NCBI GenBank assembly: GCA_964057225.1
Contig: OZ059897.1
Coordinates: 17,174,001 to 17,238,000 of the forward strand
Source of the DNA: Auanema rhodensis
Taxonomy: Eukaryota > Animalia > Nematoda
Direction of reading: 5' to 3'
Length of the DNA stretch: 64,000 bases
Shown: piece after piece, positions 12,001-27,700 of the stretch
Layout of the letters: every line of letters starts with the position of its first letter
How positions within the stretch are numbered: position 1 is the first letter of the stretch
Notes under the pieces: model-generated
Told to the model about the DNA's origin: nothing
Databases searched by the model: none
Seen by the model: only the letters and a program-made list of their open reading frames with translations
Program-made: the position numbers and the translations under genes

Positions 12001-15000
12001 GACTTGGGGAATCTAATTTTGAAAACCGCATCTCTTTATCTTTCACGGGAAGCGAGTTTCATACCAAGTGCACATCGCGTGTACATTTAATTAGCATAAA
12101 TTGAAGTTCACGTGAATTTCAAAGTCATGGTTACCATGCACCAATATGAATAAGAATTTGTTTTTAGACTAATGTGGACATGGGGAATCTAATTTGGAAA
12201 ACCGCATCTCTTTATCTTTCATGGGAAGCGAGATACATACCGAGTGCACATCGCGTGTACATTTAATTAGCATAAATTAAAGTTCACGTAAATTTCAAAA
12301 TCATGGTTACCATGCACCAATATCAATAAAAATTTGTTTTCAGACTAATATGGACATGGGGAATCTAATTTTGAAAACCGCATCTCTTCATCTTTCTCGG
12401 GAAGCGAGTTACATACCAAGTACACATCACGTGTACATTTAATTAGCATAAATTGAAGTTCACGTGAATTTCAAAGTCATGGTTACCATGCACCAATATG
12501 AATAAGAATTTGTTTTTAGACTAATGTGGACATGGGGAATCTAATTTTGAAAACCGCATCTCTTTATCTTTCACGGGAAGCGAGATACATACCAAGTGCA
12601 CACCGCGTGTACATTTAATTAGCATAAATTAAAGTTCACGTAAATTTCAAAGTCATGGTTGCCATGCACCAATATCAATAAAAATTTGGTTTTAGACTAA
12701 TATGGATATGGGGAATTTAATTTTGAAAACCGCATCTCTTTATCTTTCACGGGAAGCGAGTTTCATACCAAGTGCACATCACGTGTACATTTAATTAGCA
12801 TAAATTAAAGTTCACGTAAATTTCAAAGTCATGGTTACCATGCACCAATATCAACAAAATATTGTTTTTAGACTAATATGGACTTGGGGAATCTAATTTT
12901 GAAAACCGCATCTCTTTATCTTTCACGGGAAGCGAGTTTCATACCAAGTGCACATCACATGTACATTTAATTAGCATAAATTAAAGTTCACGTAAATTTC
13001 GAAGTCATGGTTACCATGCACTAATATCAATGAAAATTTGGTTTTAGACTAATATGGATATGGGGAATCTAATTTTGAAAACCGCATCTCTTTATCTTTC
13101 ACGTGAAGCGAGTTACATACCAAGTGCACATCACGTGTACATTTAATTAGCATAAATTGAAGTTCACGTAAATATCAAAGTCATGGTTACCATGCACCAA
13201 TATCAATAAAAATTTGTTTTTAGACTAATATGGATATGGGGAATCTAATTTTGAAAACCGCATCTTTTCATCTTTCACGGGAAGCGAGTTACATACCGAG
13301 TGCACATCGCGTGTACATTTAATTAGCATAAATTAAAGTTCACGTAAATTTCAAAGTCATGGTTACCATGCACTAATATCAATAAAATATTGTTTTTAGA
13401 CTAATATGGACTTGGGGAATCTAATTTTGAAAACCGCATCTTTTCATCTTTCACGGGAAGCGAGTTACATACCAAGTACACATCACGTGTACATTTAATT
13501 AGCATAAATTAAAGTTCACGTAAATTTCGAAGTCATGGTTACCATGCACCAATATGAATAAGAATTTGTTTTTAGACTAATATGGACATGGGGAATCTAA
13601 TTTTGAAAACCGCATCTTTTCATCTTTCACGGGAAGCGAGTTACATACCAAGTACACATCACGTGTACATTTAATTAGCATAAATTAAAGTTCACGTAAA
13701 TTTCAAAGTCATGGTTACCATGCATCAATATCAATGAAAATTTGTTTTTAGACTAATATGGACATGGGGAATCTAATTTTAAAAACAGCATCTCTTTATC
13801 TTTCACGGGAAGCGAGTTTCATACCGAGTGCACATCACGTGTACATTTAATTAGCATAAATTAAAGTTCACGTAAATTTCAAAGTCATGGTTACCATGCA
13901 CCAATATCAATAAAAATTTGTTTTCAGACTAATATAGACATGGGGAATCTAATTTTGAAAACCGCATCTCTTTATCTTTCACGGGAAGCGAGTTACATAC
14001 CAAGTGCACATCACGTGTACATTTAATTAGCATAAATTGAAGTTCACGTAAATATCAAAGTCATGGTTACCATGCACCAATATCAATACAAATTTCTTTT
14101 TAGACTAATATGGACTTGGGGAATCTAATTTTGAAAACCGCATCTCTTTATCTTTCACGGGAAGCGAGTTTCATACCAAGTGCACATCACGTGTACATTT
14201 AATTAGCATAAATTGAAGTTCACGTAAATTTAAAATCATGGTTACCATGCACCAATATCAATAAAAATTTGTTTTTAGACTAATATGAACATGGTGAATC
14301 TAATTTTGAAAACCGCATCTCTTTATCTTTCACGGGGAGCGAGTTTAATACCAAGTGCACATCACGTGTACATTTAATTAGCATAAATTAAAGTTCACGT
14401 AAATTTCAAAGTCATGGTTACCATGCACCAATATCAATGAAAATTTGTTTTTAGACTAATATGAACATGGTGAATCTAATTTTGAAAACCGCATCTCTTT
14501 ATCTTTCACGGGAAGCGAGTTACATACCAAGTACACATCACGTGTACATTTTATTAGCATAAATGAAAGTTCACGTAAATTTGAAAGTCATGGTTACCAT
14601 GCACCAATATCAATGAAAATTTGTATTCAGACTAATATGAACATGGTGAATCTAATTTTGAAAACCGCATCTCTTTATCTTTCACGGGAAGCGAGTTACA
14701 TACCAAGTACACATCACGTGTACATTTAATTAGCATAAATGAAAGTTCACGTAAATTTGAAAGTCATGGTTACCATGCACCAATATCAATAAAAATTTGT
14801 ATTCAGACTAATATGGACATGGGGAATCTAATTTTAAAAACCGCATCTCTTTATCTTTCACGGGAAGCGAGTTTCATACAAGTGCACATCACGTGTACAT
14901 TTAATTAGCATAAATTGAAGTTCACGTAAATTTCAAAGTCATGGTTACCATGCACCAATATGAATAAGAATTTGTTTTTAGACTAATATGGACATGGGGA

Positions 15001-18000
15001 ATCTAATTTTGAAAACCGCATCTCTTCATCTTTCACGGGAAGCGAGTTACATACCGAGTGCACATCACGTGTACATTTAATTAGCATAAATTGAAGTTCA
15101 CGTAAATTTCAAAGTCATGGTTACCATGCACCAATATGAATAAGAATTTGTTTTTAGACTAATATGGACATGGGGAATCTAATTTTGAAAACCGCCTCTC
15201 TTTATCTTTCACGGGAAGCGAGTTTCATACCAAGTGCACATCACGTGTACATTTAATTAGCATAAATTAAAGTTCACGTAAATTTGAAAGTCATGGTTAC
15301 CATGCACCAATATCAATAAAAATTTGTATTCAGACTAATATGGACATGGGGAATCTAATTTTAAAAACCGCATCTCTTTATCTTTCACGGGAAGCGAGTT
15401 TCATACAAGTGCACATCACGTGTACATTTAATTAGCATAAATTGAAGTTCACGTAAATTTCAAAGTCATGGTTACCATGCACCAATATGAATAAGAATTT
15501 GTTTTTAGACTAATATGGACATGGGGAATCTAATTTTGAAAACCGCATCTCTTCATCTTTCACGGGAAGCGAGTTACATACCGAGTGCACATCACGTGTA
15601 CATTTAATTAGCATAAATTAAAGTTCACGTAAATTTCAAAGTCATGGTTACCATGCACCAATATCAATGAAAATTTGTTTTTAGACTAATATGGACTTGG
15701 GGAATCTCATTTTGAAAACCGCCTCTCTTTATCTTTCACGGGAAGCGAGTTTCATACCAAGTGCACATCACGTGTACATTTAATTAGCATAAATTAAAGT
15801 TCACGTAAATTTCAAAATCATGGTTACCATGCATCAATATCAATAAAAATTTGTTTTCAGACTAATATGGACATGGGGAATCTAATTTTGAAAACCGCAT
15901 CTCTTCATCTTTCACGGGAAGCGAGTTACATACCAAGTACACATCGCGTGTACATTTAATTAGCATAAATTGAAGTTCACGTGAATTTCAAAGTCATGGT
16001 TACCATGCACCAATATGAATAAGAATTTGTTTTTAGACTAATGTGGGCATGGGGAATCTAATTTTGAAAACCGCATCTCTTTATCTTTCACGGGAAGCGA
16101 GATACATACCAAGTGCACATCGCGTGTACATTTAATTAGCATAAATTAAAGTTCACGTAAATTTCAAAGTCATGGTTGCCATGCACCAATATGAATAAGA
16201 ATTTGTTTTTAGACTAATATGGACATGGGGAATCTAATTTTGAAAACCGTATCTCTTTATCTTTCACGGGAAGCGAGTTACATACCGAGTGCACATCACG
16301 TGTACATTTAATTAGCATAAATTAAAGTTCACGTAAATTTCAAAGTCATGGTTACCATGCATCAATATCAATAAAATATTGTTTTTAGACTAATATGGAC
16401 TTGGGGAATCTAATTTTGAAAACCGCATCTCTTCATCTTTCACGGGAAGCGAGTTACATACCAAGTACACATCGCGTGTACATTTAATTAGCATAAATTG
16501 AAGTTCACGTGAATTTCAAAATCATGGTTACCATGCACCAATATGAATAAGAATTTGTTTTTAGACTAATGTGGACATGGGGAATCTAATTTTGAAAACC
16601 GCATCTCTTTATCTTTCACGGGAAGCGAGATACATACCAAGTGCACATCGCGTGTACATTTAATTAGCATAAATTAAAGTTCACGTGAATTTCAAAGTCA
16701 TGGTTGCCATGCACCAATATCAATAAAAATTTGGTTTTAGACTAATATGGATATGGGGAATCTAATTTTGAAAACCGCATCTCTTTATCTTTCACGGGAA
16801 GCGAGTTTCATACCAAGTGCACATCACGTGTACATTTAATTAGCATAAATTAAAGTTCACGTAAATTTCAAAGTCATGGTTGCCATGCACCAATATCAAT
16901 AAAAATTTGGTTTTAGACTAATATGGATATGGGGAATCTAATTTTGAAAACCGCATCTCTTTATCTTTCACGGGAAGCGAGATACATACCAAGTGCACAT
17001 CGCGTGTACATTTAATTAGCATAAATTAAAGTTCACGTAAATTTCAAAGTTATGGTTGCCATGCACCAATATGAATAAGAATTTGTTTTTAGACTAATAT
17101 GGACATGGGGAATCTAATTTTGAAAACCGCATCTCTTTATCTTTCACGGGAAGCGAGTTACATACCGAGTGCACATCACGTGTACATTTAATTAGCATAA
17201 ATTAAAGTTCACGTAAATTTCAAAGTCATGGTTGCCATGCACCAATATGAATAAGAATTTGTTTTTAGACTAATATGGACATGGGGAATCTAATTTTGAA
17301 AACCGCATCTCTTTATCTTTCACGGGAAGCGAGTTACATACCGAGTGCACATCACGTGTACATTTAATTAGCATAAATTAAAGTTCACGTAAATTTCAAA
17401 GTCATGGTTACCATGCATCAATATCAATAAAATATTGTTTTTAGACTAATATGGACTTGGGGAATCTAATTTTGAAAACCGCATCTCTTCATCTTTCACG
17501 GGAAGCGAGTTACATACCAAGTGCACATCACGTGTACATTTAATTAGCATAAATTAAAGTTCACGTAAATTTCAAAGTCATGGTTGCCATGCACCAATAT
17601 CAATAAAAATTTGGTTTTAGACTAATATGGATATGGGGAATCTAATTTTGAAAACCGCATCTCTTTATCTTTCATGGGAAGCGAGATACATACCGAGTGC
17701 ACATCGCGTGTACATTTAATTAGCATAAATTAAAGTTCACGTGAATTTCAAAATCATGGTTACCATGCACCAATATGAATAAGAATTTGTTTTTAGACTA
17801 ATGTGGACATGGGGAATCTAATTTTGAAAACCGCATCTCTTTATCTTTCATGGGAAGCGAGATACATACCGAGTGCACATCGCGTGTACATTTAATTAGC
17901 ATAAATTAAAGTTCACGTGAATTTCAAAATCATGGTTACCATGCACCAATATGAATAAGAATTTGTTTTTAGACTAATGTGGACATGGGGAATCTAATTT

Positions 18001-20076
18001 TGAAAACCGCATCTCTTTATCTTTCATGGGAAGCGAGATACATACCGAGTGCACATCGCGTGTACATTTAATTAGCATAAATTAAAGTTCACGTGAATTT
18101 CAAAGTCATGGTTGCCATGCACCAATATCAATAAAAATTTGGTTTTAGACTAATATGGATATGGGGAATCTAATTTTGAAAACCGCATCTCTTTATCTTT
18201 CACGGGAAGCGAGTTTCATACCAAGTGCACATCACGTGTACATTTAATTAGCATAAATTAAAGTTCACGTAAATTTCAAAATCATGGTTACCATGCACCA
18301 ATATCAATAAAAATTTGTTTTCAGACTAATATGGACATGGGGAATCTAATTTTGAAAACCGCATCTCTTCATCTTTCACGAGAAGCGAGTTACATACCAA
18401 GACCACATCACGTGTACATTTAATTAGCATAAATTGAAGTTCACGTGAATTTCAAAGTCATGGTTACCATGCACCAATATGAATAAGAATTTGTTTTTAG
18501 ACTAATGTGGACATGGGGAATCTAATTTTGAAAACCGCATCTCTTTATCTTTCACGGGAAGCGAGATACATACCAAGTGCACACCGCGTGTACATTTAAT
18601 TAGCATAAATTAAAGTTCACGTAAATTTCAAAGTCATGGTTGCCATGCACCAATATCAATAAAAATTTGGTTTTAGACTAATATGGATATGGGGAATCTA
18701 ATTTTGAAAACCGCATCTCTTTATCTTTCACGGGAAGCGAGTTTCATACCAAGTGCACATCACGTGTACATTTAATTAGCATAAATTAAAGTTCACGTAA
18801 ATTTCGAAGTCATGGTTACCATGCACTAATATCAATGAAAATTTGGTTTTAGACTAATATGGATATGGGGAATCTAATTTTGAAAACCGCATCTCTTTAT
18901 CTTTCACGTGAAGCGAGTTACATACCAAGTGCACATCACGTGTACATTTAATTAGCATAAATTGAAGTTCACGTAAATATCAAAGTCATGGTTACCATGC
19001 ACCAATATCAATAAAAATTTGTTTTTAGACTAATATGGATATGGGGAATCTAATTTTGAAAACCGCATCTTTTCATCTTTCACGGGAAGCGAGTTACATA
19101 CCGAGTGCACATCGCGTGTACATTTAATTAGCATAAATTAAAGTTCACGTAAATTTCAAAGTCATGGTTACCATGCATCAATATCAATAAAATATTGTTT
19201 TTAGACTAATATGGACTCGGGGAATCTAATTTTGAAAACCGCATCTCTTTATCTTTCACGGGAAGCGAGTTTCATACCAAGTGCACATCACGTGTACATT
19301 TTATTAGCATAAATTAAAGTTCACGTAAATTTCAAAGTCATGGTTACCATGCACCAATATCAATGAAAATTTCTTTTTAGACTAATATGGACTTGGGGAA
19401 TCTAATTTTGAAAACCGCATCTCTTTATCTTTCACGGGAAGCGAGTTTCATACCAAGTGCACATCACGTGTACATTTAATTAGCATAAATTGAAGTTCAC
19501 GTAAATTTAAAATCATGGTTACCATGCACCAATATCAATAAAAATTTGTTTTTAGACTAATATGAACATGGTGAATCTAATTTTGAAAACCGCATCTCTT
19601 TATCTTTCACGGGGAGCGAGTTTCATACCAAGTGCACATCACGTGTACATTTAATTAGCATAAATTAAAGTTCACGTAAATTTCAAAGTCATGGTTACCA
19701 TGCACCAATATCAATGAAAATTTGTTTTTAGACTAATATGAACATGGTGAATCTAATTTTGAAAACCGCATCTCTTTATCTTTCACGGGAAGCGAGTTAC
19801 ATACCAAGTACACATCACGTGTACATTTTATTAGCATAAATTAAAGTTCACGTAAATTTCAAAGTCGTGGTTACCATGCACCAATATCAATGAAAATTTC
19901 TTTTTAGACTAATATGGACTTGGGGAATCTAATTTTGAAAACCGCATCTCTTTATCTTTCACGGGAAGCGAGTTTCATACCAAGTGCACATCACGTGTAC
20001 ATTTAATTAGCATAAATTGAAGTTCACGTAAATTTAAAATCATGGTTACCATGTACTAATATCAATGAAAATTTGG

Positions 20077-22203
20077 TTTTAGACTAATATGGATATGGGG
20101 AATCTAATTTTGAAAACCGCATCTCTTTATCTTTCACGTGAAGCGAGTTACATACCAAGTGCACATCACGTGTACATTTAATTAGCATAAATTGAAGTTC
20201 ACGTAAATATCAAAGTCATGGTTACCATGCACCAATATCAATAACAATTTGTTTTTAGACTAATATGGATATGGGGAATCTAATTTTGAAAACCGCATCT
20301 TTTCATCTTTCACGGGAAGCGAGTTACATACCGAGTGCACATCGCGTGTACATTTAATTAGCATAAATTAAAGTTCACGTAAATTTCAAAGTCATGGTTA
20401 CCATGCATCAATATCAATAAAATATTGTTTTTAGACTAATATGGACTTGAGGAATCTAATTTTGAAAACCGCATCTTTTCATCTTTCACGGGAAGCGAGT
20501 TACATACCAAGAACACATCACGTGTACATTTAATTAGCATAAATTAAAGTTCACGTAAATTTCGAAGTCATGGTTACCATGCACTAATATCAATGAAAAT
20601 TTGGTTTTAGACTAATATGGATATGGGGAATCTAATTTTGAAAACCGCATCTTTTCATCTTTCACGGGAAGCGAGTTACATACCAAGTACACATCACGTG
20701 TACATTTAATTAGCATAAATTAAAGTTCACGTAAATTTCAAAGTCATGGTTACCATGCACCAATATCAATGAAAATTTGTTTTTAGACTAATATGGACAT
20801 GGGGAATCTAATTTTAAAAACCGCATCTCTTTATCTTTCACGGGAAGCGAGTTTCATACAAGTGCACATCACGTGTACATTTAATTAGCATAAATTGAAG
20901 TTCACGTAAATTTCAAAGTCATGGTTACCATGCACCAATATGAATAAGAATTTGTTTTTAGACTAATATGGACATGGGGAATCTAATTTTGAAAACCGCA
21001 TCTCTTTATCTTTCACGGGAAGCGAGTTACATACCGAGTGCACATCACGTGTACATTTAATTAGCATAAATTAAAGTTCACGTAAATTTCAAAGTCATGG
21101 TTACCATGCATCAATATCAATAAAATATTGTTTTTAGACTAATATGGATATGGGGAATCTAATTTTGAAAACCGCATCTCTTTATCTTTCACGTGAAGCG
21201 AGTTACATACCAAGTGCACATCACGTGTACATTTAATTAGCATAAATTGAAGTTCACGTAAATATCAAAGTCATGGTTACCATGCACCAATATCAATAAA
21301 AATTTGTTTTTAGACTAATATGGATATGGGGAATCTAATTTTGAAAACCGCATCTTTTCATCTTTCACGGGAAGCGAGTTACATACCGAGTGCACATCGC
21401 GTGTACATTTAATTAGCATAAATTAAAGTTCACGTAAATTTCAAAGTCATGGTTACCATGCATCAATATCAATAAAATATTGTTTTTAGACTAATATGGA
21501 CTTGAGGAATCTAATTTTGAAAACCGCATCTTTTCATCTTTCACGGGAAGCGAGTTACATACCAAGAACACATCACGTGTACATTTAATTAGCATAAATT
21601 AAAGTTCACGTAAATTTCGAAGTCATGGTTACCATGCACTAATATCAATGAAAATTTGGTTTTAGACTAATATGGATATGGGGAATCTAATTTTGAAAAC
21701 CGCATCTTTTCATCTTTCACGGGAAGCGAGTTACATACCAAGTACACATCACGTGTACATTTAATTAGCATAAATTAAAGTTCACGTAAATTTCAAAGTC
21801 ATGGTTACCATGCACCAATATCAATGAAAATTTGTTTTTAGACTAATATGGACATGGGGAATCTAATTTTAAAAACCGCATCTCTTTATCTTTCACGGGA
21901 AGCGAGTTTCATACAAGTGCACATCACGTGTACATTTAATTAGCATAAATTGAAGTTCACGTAAATTTCAAAGTCATGGTTACCATGCACCAATATGAAT
22001 AAGAATTTGTTTTTAGACTAATATGGACATGGGGAATCTAATTTTGAAAACCGCATCTCTTTATCTTTCACGGGAAGCGAGTTACATACCGAGTGCACAT
22101 CACGTGTACATTTAATTAGCATAAATTAAAGTTCACGTAAATTTCAAAGTCATGGTTACCATGCATCAATATCAATAAAATATTGTTTTTAGACTAATAT
22201 GGA
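20077..22203. repeat. Higher-order repeat: 6-monomer (1055 bp) tandem duplication
   Basis: The rare variant CTTGAGG occurs at 20446 and 21501. CAAGAACAC and the 175-bp CATACAAG monomer also recur at offset 1055 (6x176-1). The same doublet recurs at 30649/31704. Confidence 0.88.
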
Positions 22204-24701
22204 CTTGGGGAATCTAATTTTGAAAACCGCATCTCTTTATCTTTCACGGGAAGCGAGTTACATACCGAGTGCACATCACGTGTACATTTAATTAGCATAA
22301 ATTAAAGTTCACGTAAATTTCAAAGTCATGGTTACCATGCACCAATATCAATAAAAATTTGTTTTCAGACTAATATAGACATGGGGAATCTAATTTTGAA
22401 AACCGCATCTCTTTATCTTTCACGGGAAGCGAGTTTCATACCAAGTGCACATCACGTGTACATTTAATTAGCATAAATTAAAGTTCACGTAAATTTCGAA
22501 GTCATGGTTACCATGCACCAATATCAATAAAAATTTCTTTTTAGACTAATATGGACTTGGGGAATCTAATTTTGAAAACCGCATCTCTTTATCTTTCACG
22601 GGAAGCGAGTTTCATACCAAGTGCACATCACGTGTACATTTAATTAGCATAAATGAAAGTTCACGTAAATTTGAAAGTCATGGTTACCATGCACCAATAT
22701 CAATAAAAATTTGTTTTTAGACTAATATGAACATGGTGAATCTAATTTTGAAAACCGCATCTCTTTATCTTTCACGGGGAGCGAGTTTCATACCAAGTGC
22801 ACATCACGTGTACATTTAATTAGCATAAATTAAAGTTCACGTAAATTTCAAAGTCATGGTTACCATGCACCAATATCAATGAAAATTTGTTTTTAGACTA
22901 ATATGAACATGGTGAATCTAATTTTGAAAACCGCATCTCTTTATCTTTCACGGGAAGCGAGTTACATACCAAGTACACATCACGTGTACATTTAATTAGC
23001 ATAAATGAAAGTTCACGTAAATTTGAAAGTCATGGTTACCATGCACCAATATCAATAAAAATTTGTATTCAGACTAATATGGACATGGGGAATCTAATTT
23101 TAAAAACCGCATCTCTTTATCTTTCACGGGAAGCGAGTTTCATACAAGTGCACATCACGTGTACATTTAATTAGCATAAATTGAAGTTCACGTAAATTTC
23201 AAAGTCATGGTTACCATGCACCAATATGAATAAGAATTTGTTTTTAGACTAATATGGACATGGGGAATCTAATTTTGAAAACCGCATCTCTTCATCTTTC
23301 ACGGGAAGCGAGTTACATACCGAGTGCACATCACGTGTACATTTAATTAGCATAAATTAAAGTTCACGTAAATTTCAAAGTCATGGTTACCATGCACCAA
23401 TATCAATGAAAATTTGTTTTTAGACTAATATGGACTTGGGGAATCTAATTTTGAAAACCGCCTCTCTTTATCTTTCACGGGAAGCGAGTTTCATACCAAG
23501 TGCACATCACGTGTACATTTAATTAGCATAAATTAAAGTTCACGTAAATTTCAAAATCATGGTTACCATGCATCAATATCAATAAAAATTTGTTTTCAGA
23601 CTAATATGGACATGGGGAATCTAATTTTGAAAACCGCATCTCTTCATCTTTCACGGGAAGCGAGTTACATACCAAGTACACATCGCGTGTACATTTAATT
23701 AGCATAAATTGAAGTTCACGTGAATTTCAAAGTCATGGTTACCATGCACCAATATGAATAAGAATTTGTTTTTAGACTAATGTGGGCATGGGGAATCTAA
23801 TTTTGAAAACCGCATCTCTTTATCTTTCACGGGAAGCGAGATACATACCAAGTGCACATCGCGTGTACATTTAATTAGCATAAATTAAAGTTCACGTAAA
23901 TTTCAAAGTCATGGTTGCCATGCACCAATATGAATAAGAATTTGTTTTTAGACTAATATGGACATGGGGAATCTAATTTTGAAAACCGCATCTCTTTATC
24001 TTTCACGGGAAGCGAGTTACATACCGAGTGCACATCACGTGTACATTTAATTAGCATAAATTAAAGTTCACGTAAATTTCAAAGTCATGGTTACCATGCA
24101 TCAATATCAATAAAATATTGTTTTTAGACTAATATGGACTTGGGGAATCTAATTTTGAAAACCGCATCTCTTCATCTTTCACGGGAAGCGAGTTACATAC
24201 CAAGTACACATCGCGTGTACATTTAATTAGCATAAATTGAAGTTCACGTGAATTTCAAAATCATGGTTACCATGCACCAATATGAATAAGAATTTGTTTT
24301 TAGACTAATGTGGACATGGGGAATCTAATTTTGAAAACCGCATCTCTTTATCTTTCACGGGAAGCGAGATACATACCAAGTGCACATCGCGTGTACATTT
24401 AATTAGCATAAATTAAAGTTCACGTGAATTTCAAAGTCATGGTTACCATGCACCAATATGAATAAGAATTTGTTTTTAGACTAATGTGGACATGGGGAAT
24501 CTAATTTTGAAAACCGCATCTCTTTATCTTTCATGGGAAGCGAGATACATACCGAGTGCACATCGCGTGTACATTTAATTAGCATAAATTAAAGTTCACG
24601 TGAATTTCAAAGTCATGGTTGCCATGCACCAATATCAATAAAAATTTGGTTTTAGACTAATATGGATATGGGGAATCTAATTTTCAAAACCGCATCTCTT
24701 T

Positions 24702-27700
24702 ATCTTTCACGGGAAGCGAGTTACATACCAAGTACACATCACGTGTACATTTAATTAGCATAAATTGAAGTTCACGTGAATTTCAAAGTCATGGTTACCA
24801 TGCACCAATATGAATAAGAATTTGTTTTTAGACTAATGTGGACATGGGGAATCTAATTTTGAAAACCGCATCTCTTTATCTTTCACGGGAAGCGAGATAC
24901 ATACCAAGTGCACACCGCGTGTACATTTAATTAGCATAAATTAAAGTTCACGTAAATTTCAAAGTCATGGTTGCCATGCACCAATATCAATAAAAATTTG
25001 GTTTTAGACTAATATGGATATGGGGAATCTAATTTTGAAAACCGCATCTCTTTATCTTTCACGGGGAGCGAGTTTCATACCAAGTGCACATCACGTGTAC
25101 ATTTAATTAGCATAAATTAAAGTTCACGTAAATTTCAAAGTCATGGTTACCATGCACCAATATCAATGAAAATTTGTTTTTAGACTAATATGAACATGGT
25201 GAATCTAATTTTGAAAACCGCATCTCTTTATCTTTCACGGGAAGCGAGTTACATACCAAGTACACATCACGTGTACATTTAATTAGCATAAATGAAAGTT
25301 CACGTAAATTTGAAAGTCATGGTTACCATGCACCAATATCAATAAAAATTTGTATTCAGACTAATATGGACATGGGGAATCTAATTTTAAAAACCGCATC
25401 TCTTTATCTTTCACGGGAAGCGAGTTTCATACAAGTGCACATCACGTGTACATTTAATTAGCATAAATTGAAGTTCACGTAAATTTCAAAGTCATGGTTA
25501 CCATGCACCAATATCAATGAAAATTTGTTTTTAGACTAATATGGACATGGGGAATCTAATTTTGAAAACCGCATCTCTTCATCTTTCACGGGAAGCGAGT
25601 TACATACCGAGTGCACATCACGTGTACATTTAATTAGCATAAATTAAAGTTCACGTAAATTTCAAAGTCATGGTTACCATGCACCAATATCAATGAAAAT
25701 TTGTTTTTAGACTAATATGGACTTGGGGAATCTAATTTTGAAAACCGCCTCTCTTTATCTTTCACGGGAAGCGAGTTTCATACCAAGTGCACATCACGTG
25801 TACATTTAATTAGCATAAATTAAAGTTCACGTAAATTTCAAAATCATGGTTACCATGCATCAATATCAATAAAAATTTGTTTTCAGACTAATATGGACAT
25901 GGGGAATCTAATTTTGAAAACCGCATCTCTTCATCTTTCACGGGAAGCGAGTTACATACCAAGTACACATCGCGTGTACATTTAATTAGCATAAATTGAA
26001 GTTCACGTGAATTTCAAAGTCATGGTTACCATGCACCAATATGAATAAGAATTTGTTTTTAGACTAATGTGGGCATGGGGAATCTAATTTTGAAAACCGC
26101 ATCTCTTTATCTTTCACGGGAAGCGAGATACATACCAAGTGCACATCGCGTGTACATTTAATTAGCATAAATTAAAGTTCACGTAAATTTCAAAGTCATG
26201 GTTGCCATGCACCAATATGAATAAGAATTTGTTTTTAGACTAATATGGACATGGGGAATCTAATTTTGAAAACCGCATCTCTTTATCTTTCACGGGAAGC
26301 GAGTTACATACCGAGTGCACATCACGTGTACATTTAATTAGCATAAATTAAAGTTCACGTAAATTTCAAAGTCATGGTTACCATGCATCAATATCAATAA
26401 AATATTGTTTTTAGACTAATATGGACTTGGGGAATCTAATTTTGAAAACCGCATCTCTTCATCTTTCACGGGAAGCGAGTTACATACCAAGTACACATCG
26501 CGTGTACATTTAATTAGCATAAATTGAAGTTCACGTGAATTTCAAAATCATGGTTACCATGCACCAATATGAATAAGAATTTGTTTTTAGACTAATGTGG
26601 GCATGGGGAATCTAATTTTGAAAACCGCATCTCTTTATCTTTCACGGGAAGCGAGATACATACCAAGTGCACATCGCGTGTACATTTAATTAGCATAAAT
26701 TAAAGTTCACGTAAATTTCAAAGTCATGGTTGCCATGCACCAATATGAATAAGAATTTGTTTTTAGACTAATGTGGACATGGGGAATCTAATTTTGAAAA
26801 CCGCATCTCTTTATCTTTCATGGGAAGCGAGATACATACCGAGTGCACATCGCGTGTACATTTAATTAGCATAAATTAAAGTTCACGTGAATTTCAAAGT
26901 CATGGTTACCATGCACCAATATGAATAAGAATTTGTTTTTAGACTAATGTGGACATGGGGAATCTAATTTTGAAAACCGCATCTCTTTATCTTTCATGGG
27001 AAGCGAGATACATACCGAGTGCACATCGCGTGTACATTTAATTAGCATAAATTAAAGTTCACGTGAATTTCAAAGTCATGGTTGCCATGCACCAATATCA
27101 ATAAAAATTTGGTTTTAGACTAATATGGATATGGGGAATCTAATTTTCAAAACCGCATCTCTTTATCTTTCACGGGAAGCGAGTTTCATACCAAGTGCAC
27201 ATCACGTGTACATTTAATTAGCATAAATTAAAGTTCACGTAAATTTCAAAATCATGGTTACCATGCACCAATATCAATAAAAATTTGTTTTCAGACTAAT
27301 ATGGACATGGGGAATCTAATTTTGAAAACCGCATCTCTTCATCTTTCACGGGAAGCGAGTTACATACCAAGTACACATCACGTGTACATTTAATTAGCAT
27401 AAATTGAAGTTCACGTGAATTTCAAAGTCATGGTTACCATGCACCAATATGAATAAGAATTTGTTTTTAGACTAATGTGGACATGGGGAATCTAATTTTG
27501 AAAACCGCATCTCTTTATCTTTCACGGGAAGCGAGATACATACCAAGTGCACACCGCGTGTACATTTAATTAGCATAAATTAAAGTTCACGTAAATTTCA
27601 AAGTCATGGTTGCCATGCACCAATATCAATAAAAATTTGGTTTTAGACTAATATGGATATGGGGAATCTAATTTTGAAAACCGCATCTCTTTATCTTTCA

